A DNA stretch of 64,000 nt from Desulforhopalus sp. (GTDB lineage: Bacteria > Desulfobacterota > Desulfobulbia > Desulfobulbales > Desulfocapsaceae). Location: positions 2,097 through 66,096 of the forward strand of contig JANJUM010000097.1 of the NCBI GenBank assembly GCA_024710585.1, given 5' to 3'. Position 1 is the first letter of the stretch. Each line of letters starts with the position of its first letter. The position numbers and the translations under genes are program-made. Shown here piece by piece: positions 46,155 through 54,970 of the stretch. The notes under the pieces are model-generated. The model was given only the letters and a program-made list of their open reading frames with translations, made no database searches and was not told where the DNA came from.

Positions 46155-46763
46155 ATGGCCCTCGAATTCCATAACGTCGAGTTTTTGCTCAGCGTCCATA
46201 ACCGGCAGCAGTTGCCCGAGCCGCTGTTGCCGGAGGTGGCCTTCGCCGGGCGCTCCAACGTCGGCAAGTCGAGCCTCATCAACACCCTCATCAGTCGCAA
46301 GAGTCTCGTCAAGGTCAGCGCCCGTCCTGGCAAGACCCAAGGGCTCAACTTCTTCAACGTCGACGGGCAATTCTATCTCGTCGACCTTCCCGGCTATGGC
46401 TACGCCAAGGTGCCGAGGGCCATGCAGGACGCCTGGCAAGGCCTGATCAGTTCCTATGTGGAGACCCGCAAGAGCCTCAAGGGAGTGGTGGTCATCCTTG
46501 ACATTCGCCACGAAGCCAAGACCCAGGATGGCCAGATACTCACCTGGCTGCGGGAGCACAACATCCCGCGACTGCCGGTGTATACCAAGATCGACAAGCT
46601 CTCCGGCAGCCTGCGCGAGCAGCACGCGCGCGCCCTCGACGCCGGTCATGGCATCCGGCCGGAGGAGCGGGTGCTCTTTTCGGCCAAATCGGGTCAGGGC
46701 CGGGAGCGTCTTCTCACCATGCTTGAACGCTTGCTTTTCGCTACACCCATACCACCTCTCTGA
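46155..46763 (+). CDS. engB: Ribosome-biogenesis GTPase EngB/YihA/YsxC
   Basis: GRSNVGKSSLIN, PGKTQ, DLPGYG and TKID G-motifs. Confidence 0.95.
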   Translation: MALEFHNVEFLLSVHNRQQLPEPLLPEVAFAGRSNVGKSSLINTLISRKSLVKVSARPGKTQGLNFFNVDGQFYLVDLPGYGYAKVPRAMQDAWQGLISSYVETRKSLKGVVVILDIRHEAKTQDGQILTWLREHNIPRLPVYTKIDKLSGSLREQHARALDAGHGIRPEERVLFSAKSGQGRERLLTMLERLLFATPIPPL

Positions 46764-47174
46764 TTTCCGGTTTTCGCGACGTTCGACATCGTTCAGGCGA
46801 ACTGCAGTGTCGTTTTGTCCACCCTCTGTTGCCCATTGCTGAGAAAGGACTCACTTCGCCGAACCTCGCCCCTCTTCGGCCTTTGGCGAAAACGTAAGCG
46901 GTGAGCCCAAACGAGCCTGGGCGCCTTTTCGCCGATAGCGTCAGCCTCGCACCATGCGCCTTGACCGTAAAAAAGGCACATACATGGGGCGAAGTCCCCC
47001 CGTGCCAGCTCGTCCGGTGCGAAATTGCTTGGCCTTTTTTCGCTGTCATCGCTATGATTTGCATCATGGCCTCTTCTCTGGGCCAGGCCTTGTCATTATC
47101 TCCACCCCAAAGGGGCGGCGGCACTTCTCTCGGCAAGTCTTGCCAAGGCCGATTTTCAACTCTGTGGAGGACCA

Positions 47175-48878
47175 ATGCAGGAACTTTCCAAATCGCAGAA
47201 GGCGCGCATCGCCATAAGAACCTTTAAAATACTCGCCGACTCCATGACGTTGCAGGGCTCCTACCGTCCCTCGGGGCGTATCGGTGAAAAGCTTGCCGAG
47301 GCCTTGAAACAGCTCAGTCCGGAGATCTACGGCTCGATGTCGGACAACCGGGTGGTCGAGCTGCAGGGCCTGCAGTATGTCTTCGATCGCATGCCCAAGG
47401 GCATCGAGCGCTGCACGAGGATCACCCTCACCGCCCAGGAGGACTTCCACGACACCTCGTTTGCGCGCATCGTGCCCCTTAAACGGCGTCGTGTTTCCTA
47501 TGCCGTATCGGAGAAAGAATACTGCTTTGTCATTACCACCGGTAAGAGCGAGATATACGATATCCTCACCCATATCACGTTCCTTAACATCGAAGCGTGG
47601 AAGATCTACCGCCAGGTCTCCAGCCGCGGTGATGGCGTCAGCTCGGAATGGAGCGAACTCGAGCGTGTCGTCACCCAAGAAGGCGCCCCGGAGGGGGAAG
47701 AGCTCGAGCGGGCCCTGTGGAACCTCTCGATCATCCTCGGACGCACCTACAAGGAGACCCGTGACGCTTATGAGTACCTGGAGAGGAACCGTCTCGAGCA
47801 TGACAGCAACAGCAGCCTGTTTGAGATCATCTACGGTATCGGGCGCCGGGTTATGGACGAGCAGCGTGAAAAGCGCAACGAGTTGGTGGTCTATTTCACA
47901 CCCTCACTGCACGAGATGATCGACCACCAGAGCCATGCCGCCCTGTGGGCCACAAGGCTGCGCCAGACCTTGCGCCGTCTCGAGTACGAGAAACGGCCGA
48001 TACATATCGTCAGCGCCAATATGCATTCGATGCGCAATCTCATCTACGGGCCGGGGGCGTTGACCGAGATTGGCCACAAGGTTCCCGAGGATCTTTACGC
48101 CATGGTGCGTGCCGTGCGTGATCGTGACCGCGAAGTAGAGGAATATGCGCAGCGCCACGGATTCACCTACCTCGCCGACACCTCGGGTTCGACCATCGAC
48201 GTCAATATCATCGATCTGGCGCAGCTGCACGGATGTCCTCTTCATCCTGCGCTGGGCATCGACTGCGAACAGCTGCTCATCAGCCGCCCGCTGCTGCTGG
48301 TCATCGACTATGCCTTCGGCACCCAGGCGTTCGATATCATGGACGAGCTGCTCCACCCCGAGGAAAGCAACGGCGCGGAGCAGTCCCTTGAAATCGCCTC
48401 CATTTCCATCATGGGCAAGGCCGGGGTCTTGCCGGGGAAAAAGGGCGACATCATGCTGGCCACCGCCCATGTCATGGAGGGCACGGCCGACAACTATATC
48501 GTCGCCAATGACCTCTCCGCCGCCGATTTCGACTCCGGGGTAACGGTTTTCACCGGGCCGATGGTCACCGTTCTCGGCACATCGCTACAGAACCGCGACG
48601 TGCTGCAGCGTTTCCACACCTCGTCGTGGCGGGCCATTGGCCTGGAGATGGAGGGCGGCCATTACCAGAAGGCGATCAGCGGGGCCATCATCCAGGGGCA
48701 TATCCCGGCCAACATGAAGACACGATATGCCTACTATGCCTCGGACAACCCGCTGCAGAGCGGCCAGACACTGGCCTCCGGGCCGATGGGGGACGAAGGC
48801 ATCGTCCCCACCTACATGATTTCCAAGGTCATCCTCGAAAAGATCGTTGCCCATGAATACGCCCAACGGCCAGCGTAA
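47175..48878 (+). CDS. Uncharacterised protein, DUF6909-like, with a C-terminal purine/AMP nucleosidase-like fold
   Basis: C-terminal IMGKAGVL...GDIMLA, GPMVTVLGTSLQN, IGLEMEG and YYASDNPL resemble PNP/UDP-phosphorylase family motifs. DUF6909 is from recall of the LSPEIYGSM...ELQGLQYV segment and is unverified. GGAGGA RBS. Confidence 0.65.
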   Translation: MQELSKSQKARIAIRTFKILADSMTLQGSYRPSGRIGEKLAEALKQLSPEIYGSMSDNRVVELQGLQYVFDRMPKGIERCTRITLTAQEDFHDTSFARIVPLKRRRVSYAVSEKEYCFVITTGKSEIYDILTHITFLNIEAWKIYRQVSSRGDGVSSEWSELERVVTQEGAPEGEELERALWNLSIILGRTYKETRDAYEYLERNRLEHDSNSSLFEIIYGIGRRVMDEQREKRNELVVYFTPSLHEMIDHQSHAALWATRLRQTLRRLEYEKRPIHIVSANMHSMRNLIYGPGALTEIGHKVPEDLYAMVRAVRDRDREVEEYAQRHGFTYLADTSGSTIDVNIIDLAQLHGCPLHPALGIDCEQLLISRPLLLVIDYAFGTQAFDIMDELLHPEESNGAEQSLEIASISIMGKAGVLPGKKGDIMLATAHVMEGTADNYIVANDLSAADFDSGVTVFTGPMVTVLGTSLQNRDVLQRFHTSSWRAIGLEMEGGHYQKAISGAIIQGHIPANMKTRYAYYASDNPLQSGQTLASGPMGDEGIVPTYMISKVILEKIVAHEYAQRPA

Positions 48879-50709
48879 GGCGGCCTCGCCGCTGCTCGGT
48901 TTCTCTCCGTGGATTCTTCTCCTCGCCGGCATCCTCCTTCTGCTGCTGCTGGGGATTTTCGGGGTGAGCAACTACCAGCGCGAAATGGAACTGCTCGGCA
49001 AGTCAATGGAGCAGCGCGCCTTGACTCTCGTCCGCTTCATCAACAGCGCCGCCCGCGAGGGATTGCGGCAGAGGCTGCGCACCGAGGAACGGGCTGGCTG
49101 GGAAGAGCAGATGCGCGAAGTCATGGAACAAGCCGCCGAGCAGCCCGGGGTGGTGGCGGTGCGCCTCGTCGACCCGGCGGGGGCGATTCTGCTGGCCGCC
49201 GGGGAGGGCGCCGATAACGGCCGCCAGCTCGGGCCTGCTGCGATGGAGCTTCTCGGCAGGCTGGGCCAGGAAGAGGAGCAGGGGGTGGTGTCGCGCATCG
49301 TCGACAGGAAGGAGAGTGGCGCAGGTTATCGCTACCAGGTGGCGGCGTGGCAGGTCCCGCCCGCCTTGCGCGAGCGCTTTCCCGAGGGGGGGCATATGAC
49401 TGCCGGGCGCCGCATGGCGATGATGCGCCGCCACGTCGATCAGGGTCATTTCCTGGCCTGGCAGGAAGAGCTGCGGCGGCTGCGCGACCGTTCGCTGGTC
49501 TTTGTCGTCGAGCTCGATTTCCAGCACTTCTCCGGGTCCCTGCAGCGCCAGGTGCTGCAACTGGTGCTGCTCACCGTGGTCACCCTGCTGGTGGCCATCG
49601 CCGGCGGCCTGTCATATCTTACCCTCAAAGGCCTGCGCGGCTCGCAGCAGCGGCTCGGGGCGATGCATGCCTTTACCGATCGTCTCGTCTCGGCGTTGCC
49701 CATCGGCCTGATCGCCACCGACCGCCAGGGGCTGATCCGTCTTTGCAATTCAAGTGCCGCGGAGATCCTCGGTATCGAAGGTGAGCGTCTTGTCGGCAAG
49801 CTGCCCCAGGCATGCCTGCCGCCCATGGTTGCCGGGGCCTTCCGTGGGGAAAAGCTGGCCGCTGGCCTTCCCGGGCCGACGGAACTGGTCTACGACCATG
49901 ACCCGAAACGGGTGCTGATCCTGCAGCTGTCGACCATGGCGGTGTACGACGACCGCCAGAAACCGGATGGCGAAGTGTTGCTCCTGCGCGATCTTACCGC
50001 CATTCGCTCCCTGGAGAAGGAATTGCGGCGCAGCGAGCGTCTTGCCGCCCTCGGCAAAATGGCCGCGGGTGTGGCGCATGAACTGCGCAATCCGCTCAGT
50101 TCGATCAAGGGTCTGGCGATGGTTCTCAAAGAGCGGCGGGAGAAAGGCGAGGGTGGGGGCGAGAGCGCCGATCTCCTCGTCAAAGAGGTGGAACGGCTCA
50201 ATCGCAGCATCGGCGAGCTGCTCGACTATGCCCGTCCGGCAAAGCTCCACCTCGGTGAAGTCGCCCCGAACGAGCTCGTCGGCAAGTCGGTGTCCCTGGT
50301 GCAGGCCGATGCCGGCAGTCTGGGCATCGACATCAGGGTCGATGTTCCCGACGACCTGCCACCTCTGCCGGTCGATGTCGACAAGCTCAACCAGGTGCTG
50401 CTCAATCTTCTGCTCAACGCCGTCCAGGCGATGCCCAATGGCGGGATCCTTGACATCACTGCACGATGTCGCAATGGGGAGTTCACGCTCACTCTGCGCG
50501 ACAACGGCGAGGGCATCGCCGCGGAAGATCTGCCGCGCATCTTCGATCCCTATTTCACCACCAAGGGCAGCGGCACCGGCCTTGGCCTGGCCATCTCCGC
50601 CAAGATCGTCGAAGAGCATGGCGGCGCTATCGTCGTCGACAGCCGCCGCGGGCAATACACCGAAGTCGTTCTCACCCTGCCGTTGTCGGCTGGCAAGGTC
50701 GCTGGCTAG
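48853..50709 (+). CDS. Membrane sensor histidine kinase with PAS domain (ZraS/NtrB-like)
   Basis: Two TM segments, periplasmic loop, PAS; AAGVAHELRNPL H-box, NLLLNAVQA, DNGEG, YFTTK, GTGLGL. Confidence 0.93.
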   Translation: MNTPNGQRKAASPLLGFSPWILLLAGILLLLLLGIFGVSNYQREMELLGKSMEQRALTLVRFINSAAREGLRQRLRTEERAGWEEQMREVMEQAAEQPGVVAVRLVDPAGAILLAAGEGADNGRQLGPAAMELLGRLGQEEEQGVVSRIVDRKESGAGYRYQVAAWQVPPALRERFPEGGHMTAGRRMAMMRRHVDQGHFLAWQEELRRLRDRSLVFVVELDFQHFSGSLQRQVLQLVLLTVVTLLVAIAGGLSYLTLKGLRGSQQRLGAMHAFTDRLVSALPIGLIATDRQGLIRLCNSSAAEILGIEGERLVGKLPQACLPPMVAGAFRGEKLAAGLPGPTELVYDHDPKRVLILQLSTMAVYDDRQKPDGEVLLLRDLTAIRSLEKELRRSERLAALGKMAAGVAHELRNPLSSIKGLAMVLKERREKGEGGGESADLLVKEVERLNRSIGELLDYARPAKLHLGEVAPNELVGKSVSLVQADAGSLGIDIRVDVPDDLPPLPVDVDKLNQVLLNLLLNAVQAMPNGGILDITARCRNGEFTLTLRDNGEGIAAEDLPRIFDPYFTTKGSGTGLGLAISAKIVEEHGGAIVVDSRRGQYTEVVLTLPLSAGKVAG

Positions 50710-51902
50710 CGGGGGGAAAGTACGTTTTTCCGTGGAGATGAAACGAGGAGAACCGCCGAGACAATGGCGAAGAAGTGGCCGGGGTGGGAGTCGAAGAGAA
50801 ACGAGTTCATCAGGCAACCCACGGCCATGGCCACCACCACCCCCTGAAGAAGATGGCGGCGCGGTGGGGCGAGCCGCAGCGAGGCGGCCAGCTGCGTTAC
50901 CAGCAGAGCGATGAAGAGGGCCAGGGCAACCAGGCCACCCTGCACGGTGAGCATCAGGTACTCGTTGTGGGGATTGTCGGTGCTCTGCGTTTCGCTGCCC
51001 TCGATGAGCTTTTCCTGCACCGTCTTAAAGGAGCCGGTGCCATGGCCGAGCAGCGGCTTCTCGGTGATGAGCTGCAGACTGTTGCGCCACCAGTCGAAAC
51101 GCATCCCCAGGGAGGTACGCGAGGAGTCGGCCTGGTAGGTGCGGACTTCCTCGATGGCCTCGTGCACCCGTGTCGAAAAGTTGCCCGAGGTGACATAGAT
51201 CGCCGCTACCGCGGCTACCGCCAGCATCGCCGCCGGCAGCCACTTCTTCCACGAGAGACGCTGCACCAGGATCAAGGCCAGCAGGGTGAGATAGAGGAGC
51301 ATGCCGGTGCGTCCGGGAGCGATATAGAAGAGGTTGGCGCTGGCCAGCATGAAAAGCGCCAGCCACGGCAGCATGGCGACCCGCGACGCAAAGGCGCGGT
51401 GCAGGGCCCAAAAGGAGAGCATGGCCATGAAGAGGCTGTGGGTAATGTGGTAGACCAGGGAATGGCCGAATTTTCCAGGAGGGAGCAGTTCGAAATAGAT
51501 GCCGTACGAGGCAGTCATTAACACCACGCAGCCAGCGATGAACGCATCTTCGGCGACTCGTGCCGCGCCCTCGTTGTCGCGGAACAGCGACAGCACCATG
51601 ACGAGATACACGAGTTCGCGATATTTTTTAAGTACTGACAGGGCGTCGTCACTGTCCGTCGGGCCATAGAAGACGCCGATGGCGAGGAGGGCGAACAGGG
51701 CCAGGGCGCACAGTGCCGCGGGCTGGGAGGCCAACAGTTGCGGCAGCCTCCTTATCTCGCCGGAAAACACCCAGCAGACCAGCGCCAGGGTCGCGGTGGC
51801 CCCCATCAGCGAGGTCGAGAAGGGGATGAACAGGCAGGAGAGGACGACGAAGAAGATGCCGCAGCTGTTGGCGCGATGACAAAAACGGGAGACGCTCTGC
51901 AT
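50706..51902 (-). CDS. O-antigen ligase (WaaL/Wzy_C) family protein
   Basis: Many TM segments; GRTG, SLGMRFDWW, PLLGHGTGSF and NPHNEYL motifs; in an operon with msbA. Confidence 0.88.
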   Translation of the reverse strand: MQSVSRFCHRANSCGIFFVVLSCLFIPFSTSLMGATATLALVCWVFSGEIRRLPQLLASQPAALCALALFALLAIGVFYGPTDSDDALSVLKKYRELVYLVMVLSLFRDNEGAARVAEDAFIAGCVVLMTASYGIYFELLPPGKFGHSLVYHITHSLFMAMLSFWALHRAFASRVAMLPWLALFMLASANLFYIAPGRTGMLLYLTLLALILVQRLSWKKWLPAAMLAVAAVAAIYVTSGNFSTRVHEAIEEVRTYQADSSRTSLGMRFDWWRNSLQLITEKPLLGHGTGSFKTVQEKLIEGSETQSTDNPHNEYLMLTVQGGLVALALFIALLVTQLAASLRLAPPRRHLLQGVVVAMAVGCLMNSFLFDSHPGHFFAIVSAVLLVSSPRKNVLSPR

Positions 51903-51949
51903 GGTGCGTGGCCGATGGGTTCGCGGCAGGGGCGGTGCTGCCGGTGGGT

Positions 51950-53677
51950 TCAGGTATATTGCATGGTGTAGAGCTGCTCGTACTCGCCATGCCTGGCCAT
52001 AAGGCTGTCATGGGTGCCCTCTTCGACGATGACCCCGTCCTTGATGACGATGATCCTGGTGGCGTTCTTGATTGTCGACAGGCGATGGGCGATGACGAAG
52101 GTGGTGCGGTCTTTCATGAGGTTGTCCAGGGCCTTCTGCACCTCCCGCTCCGACTCGCTGTCAAGGGCCGAAGTGGCCTCGTCGAGGATGAGGATCGGGG
52201 CATTCTTGAGGATGGCGCGGGCAATGGAGAGGCGCTGCCTCTCGCCGCCGGAGAGACGCGCCCCGCCTTCGCCGATGATGGTGTCGAAACCCTGCGGCAG
52301 GGCGAGGATGAAGTCGAGGGCGTAGGCGGCCCGGGCCGCTTCGCGAATTGCCTCGTCGCTGGCCTGGAGATCGCCGTAGGCGATATTGTTGCGCACGGTG
52401 TCGTTGAAGAGGATGGTCTGCTGGGTGACCATGGCGATCTGCCGCCTCAGCGAGGCCACGGTGACGTCGCGGATATCGATGGCGTCGATGGTGATGCTGC
52501 CTTCCCGGATCTCCAGAAAGCGCGGGATGAGGTTGGTAAAGGTGGTCTTGCCGCCGCCGCTTGGCCCGACGATGGCCAGGGCCTCGCCCGCCGGCACGCG
52601 GATGTTGATGTTCGACAACACGGCCGTCTGGTCGTCGTAGCGGAAGGTGAGATCCTTGAAGACGATCTCTTTGCTAAAAGGGGGCAGGGGATAAGCCCCC
52701 GGCCTATCGCCGATTTCCGGCTCGACATCGAGGATGGCGAAGACCCGCGAGGCCGCCGCCATGCCCTGCTGGATGGTGGAGTTGATGCGCGTCACCCCCT
52801 TGACCGGCTCGTAGGCGGCGATGAGGGCGGTAAGAAAGGCAAAAAAGGTGCCCGGGGTGGCGGTTCCGGCGATGACCTCCTTGCCGCCGAACCAGATGAT
52901 CAGGGCGATGGCGCCGCCACCGATGAACTCCATCAGCGGGTGTTGCAGGCAGCGGTACTTGGCGTCCTTCAAGGTCAGCGAAAAGAGCTTGCCTACCTGG
53001 CGCAGGAAGCGCTCGCCTTCATAGGACTCGCGGGTGAAGGCCTTGACGATGCGGCTGCCGGTGATGGTTTCGTGGAGGATGTTGGAGACCCCGGCCACCT
53101 CCTCCTGTGTTCTGGTGCTCAAGCGCCGGAAGAGCTTGCCGAATTTGACGATGGGATAGGCGGCGATGGGCAGGACGATGAAGGACACCATGGCCAGCCG
53201 CCAGTTCATGAAGAAAACGACTCCGAGGAGGATGACGACCTGGAAGAAGTCACGCACCGAACCGACCAGGGCATTGGAGACAGCCTGTTGCAATAGACTG
53301 ACATCGTTGATGATGCGCGACATCAGGGTGCCGGTGGGCATGGTGTTGAAAAAGGACAGCGACTGGCGGTGGATGTGGTTGAAGATCTGCACGCGAAAGT
53401 CGCGGATCACCGACTGGCCGACCTGCTCGAGGAGAAAGGTGTAGAGGTAGTAGAAGATTCCCTTGAGAAAGAAGATGACCAGCACCACTAGCGGCAGCAT
53501 CTTGAGGAAAAAGATGTTCTTTTCCATGAAGATCTTGTCGAGCAGGTCCTTGACGAGATAGGCCTGGGCACCGGTGAAGCAGGCGACGAAGATCATCGAC
53601 AGCATGGCGACGATGAGCTTGAGCCGATAGGGACGGATGACCAGAAGGAGCCGGTGGAGAATTTCTGTATTGCTCAT
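51950..53677 (-). CDS. msbA: Lipid A export ABC transporter MsbA
   Basis: ABC TM domain, GPSGGGKT, LSGGERQR, ILDEATSALD; follows a lipid A acyltransferase. Start re-set to ATG 53677. Confidence 0.88.
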   Translation of the reverse strand: MSNTEILHRLLLVIRPYRLKLIVAMLSMIFVACFTGAQAYLVKDLLDKIFMEKNIFFLKMLPLVVLVIFFLKGIFYYLYTFLLEQVGQSVIRDFRVQIFNHIHRQSLSFFNTMPTGTLMSRIINDVSLLQQAVSNALVGSVRDFFQVVILLGVVFFMNWRLAMVSFIVLPIAAYPIVKFGKLFRRLSTRTQEEVAGVSNILHETITGSRIVKAFTRESYEGERFLRQVGKLFSLTLKDAKYRCLQHPLMEFIGGGAIALIIWFGGKEVIAGTATPGTFFAFLTALIAAYEPVKGVTRINSTIQQGMAAASRVFAILDVEPEIGDRPGAYPLPPFSKEIVFKDLTFRYDDQTAVLSNINIRVPAGEALAIVGPSGGGKTTFTNLIPRFLEIREGSITIDAIDIRDVTVASLRRQIAMVTQQTILFNDTVRNNIAYGDLQASDEAIREAARAAYALDFILALPQGFDTIIGEGGARLSGGERQRLSIARAILKNAPILILDEATSALDSESEREVQKALDNLMKDRTTFVIAHRLSTIKNATRIIVIKDGVIVEEGTHDSLMARHGEYEQLYTMQYT

Positions 53678-53824
53678 GCGATGACGGTGAAATGCAGGAA
53701 TGGGGGCCGGCCACTGGGGCATTGCCGGACCCGGTGCCGCGAACGTCCTACTAATACACCAGCAGCGGCGATTTCAGAAGGACTATTTGCCGAAGGGGGT
53801 TGGCCGGCCTGGTTTTGCCGGGGG

Positions 53825-54748
53825 TTACAGGAAGATCTGTCTCAGGCTTCGCCTCACCGCCTGATAGCCCTTTTTGCTCCACAGGCGGTGGAAGAGGCTG
53901 AACCACTGTTCGGGGTAGGCGCGTATGAAGGGTTCGTAGAGGCGCAGGCAGCGGGTGGAGATATCGGCCACCGCCTGGTCGTCCATGGCCTCGTAGCGGG
54001 GCAGCTGCACTTCGTCGAAGTCGATATGCAGCTCGCCATCCTTCATGTAGTAGACGCTGGTGAACACCGGCGCCCCGGTGCGCAGATGGAGCATGGCGGT
54101 GCCCCTGGCACAGGCCAGGGGGCGACCGAAGAAGGGTACCGAGATGCCGCGACTGGTGTAGCTTTGGTCGAGGCTGATGATGAGCAGGCGGTTGCGCTGC
54201 AATGCCTCCTGGTAGGCCTTCATGCCGTCGTAGCTGCTGAGGTGCTCGAGGCTCGTGCCATGGCGGCAGCGCTGGCGGACGAAGAAGGCGTCGGAGAGGG
54301 GATTGCTCTGTTTCTGGTAGATGAGGCTGGTGGGCAGGCCGCTCATGTTGAACCAGGCGAAGTAGGCCTCGAACCATGAGGCGTGCAGAGTGGTGAGGAT
54401 CACCCCCTTGCCGCCGGAAAGGGCACGGTCGATCTTGTCGCGACCGGTGATGCGCGTGTTGCGCACCAGGTCGCTCAGCTTGCGGCGGTGGAGGATGAAC
54501 ACCAGACCGAAGGTCCTGGTGAACTGCAGGTAGACCCGTCGCAGGAGACGCAACTTATCGCCATGGGATTTTTCAGGGAAGACCGTCGACAGGTTGCTGT
54601 AGGCGACAGAGAGGCGGAAAGGGAAGACGACCCAGGCGAGGTAGCCGAGGGTCGAACACAGGGCGAGGATCACCGGGACCGGCAGCAGGTTGATGACGAA
54701 GATGGTCGAGCGCAGGAGGGAGTATTCGAGACGGTGCTTCGTTTTCAT
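53825..54748 (-). CDS. Lipid A late acyltransferase (LpxL/HtrB family)
   Basis: H-x4-E catalytic motif (HASWFE), SLDQ...VPFFG, YPEQWF..HRLW. Confidence 0.88.
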   Translation of the reverse strand: MKTKHRLEYSLLRSTIFVINLLPVPVILALCSTLGYLAWVVFPFRLSVAYSNLSTVFPEKSHGDKLRLLRRVYLQFTRTFGLVFILHRRKLSDLVRNTRITGRDKIDRALSGGKGVILTTLHASWFEAYFAWFNMSGLPTSLIYQKQSNPLSDAFFVRQRCRHGTSLEHLSSYDGMKAYQEALQRNRLLIISLDQSYTSRGISVPFFGRPLACARGTAMLHLRTGAPVFTSVYYMKDGELHIDFDEVQLPRYEAMDDQAVADISTRCLRLYEPFIRAYPEQWFSLFHRLWSKKGYQAVRRSLRQIFL

Positions 54749-54970
54749 CGTTGTATCAATATTTTATAAGAAACGGCAGAGAGGCCGTTCATGCCAGGCG
54801 AGCAACTTCTACACCACCCGCAGGCGGAAAAAAAGCCATTTTTTCAAGATCAGCCGATTTTTTGCCTTCATCTTCGCCGTAGCGAGGGTTTCGCATCGCA
54901 CTGCAGGGCTTATAATGAAAGAGAACCGCTCCCCCGGCAGCAGCCGACAACCTTCAGCCATTTGTCTACC

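Noticed and set aside
46775-46795. GTTCGAC resembling a tRNA T-loop
   Set aside because: The flanks do not form a T-stem and no cloverleaf can be built.
46931-46938. GCCGATAG as a sigma28 -10 element
   Set aside because: There is no TAAA-like -35 at 15-nt spacing, and it is part of a hairpin arm.
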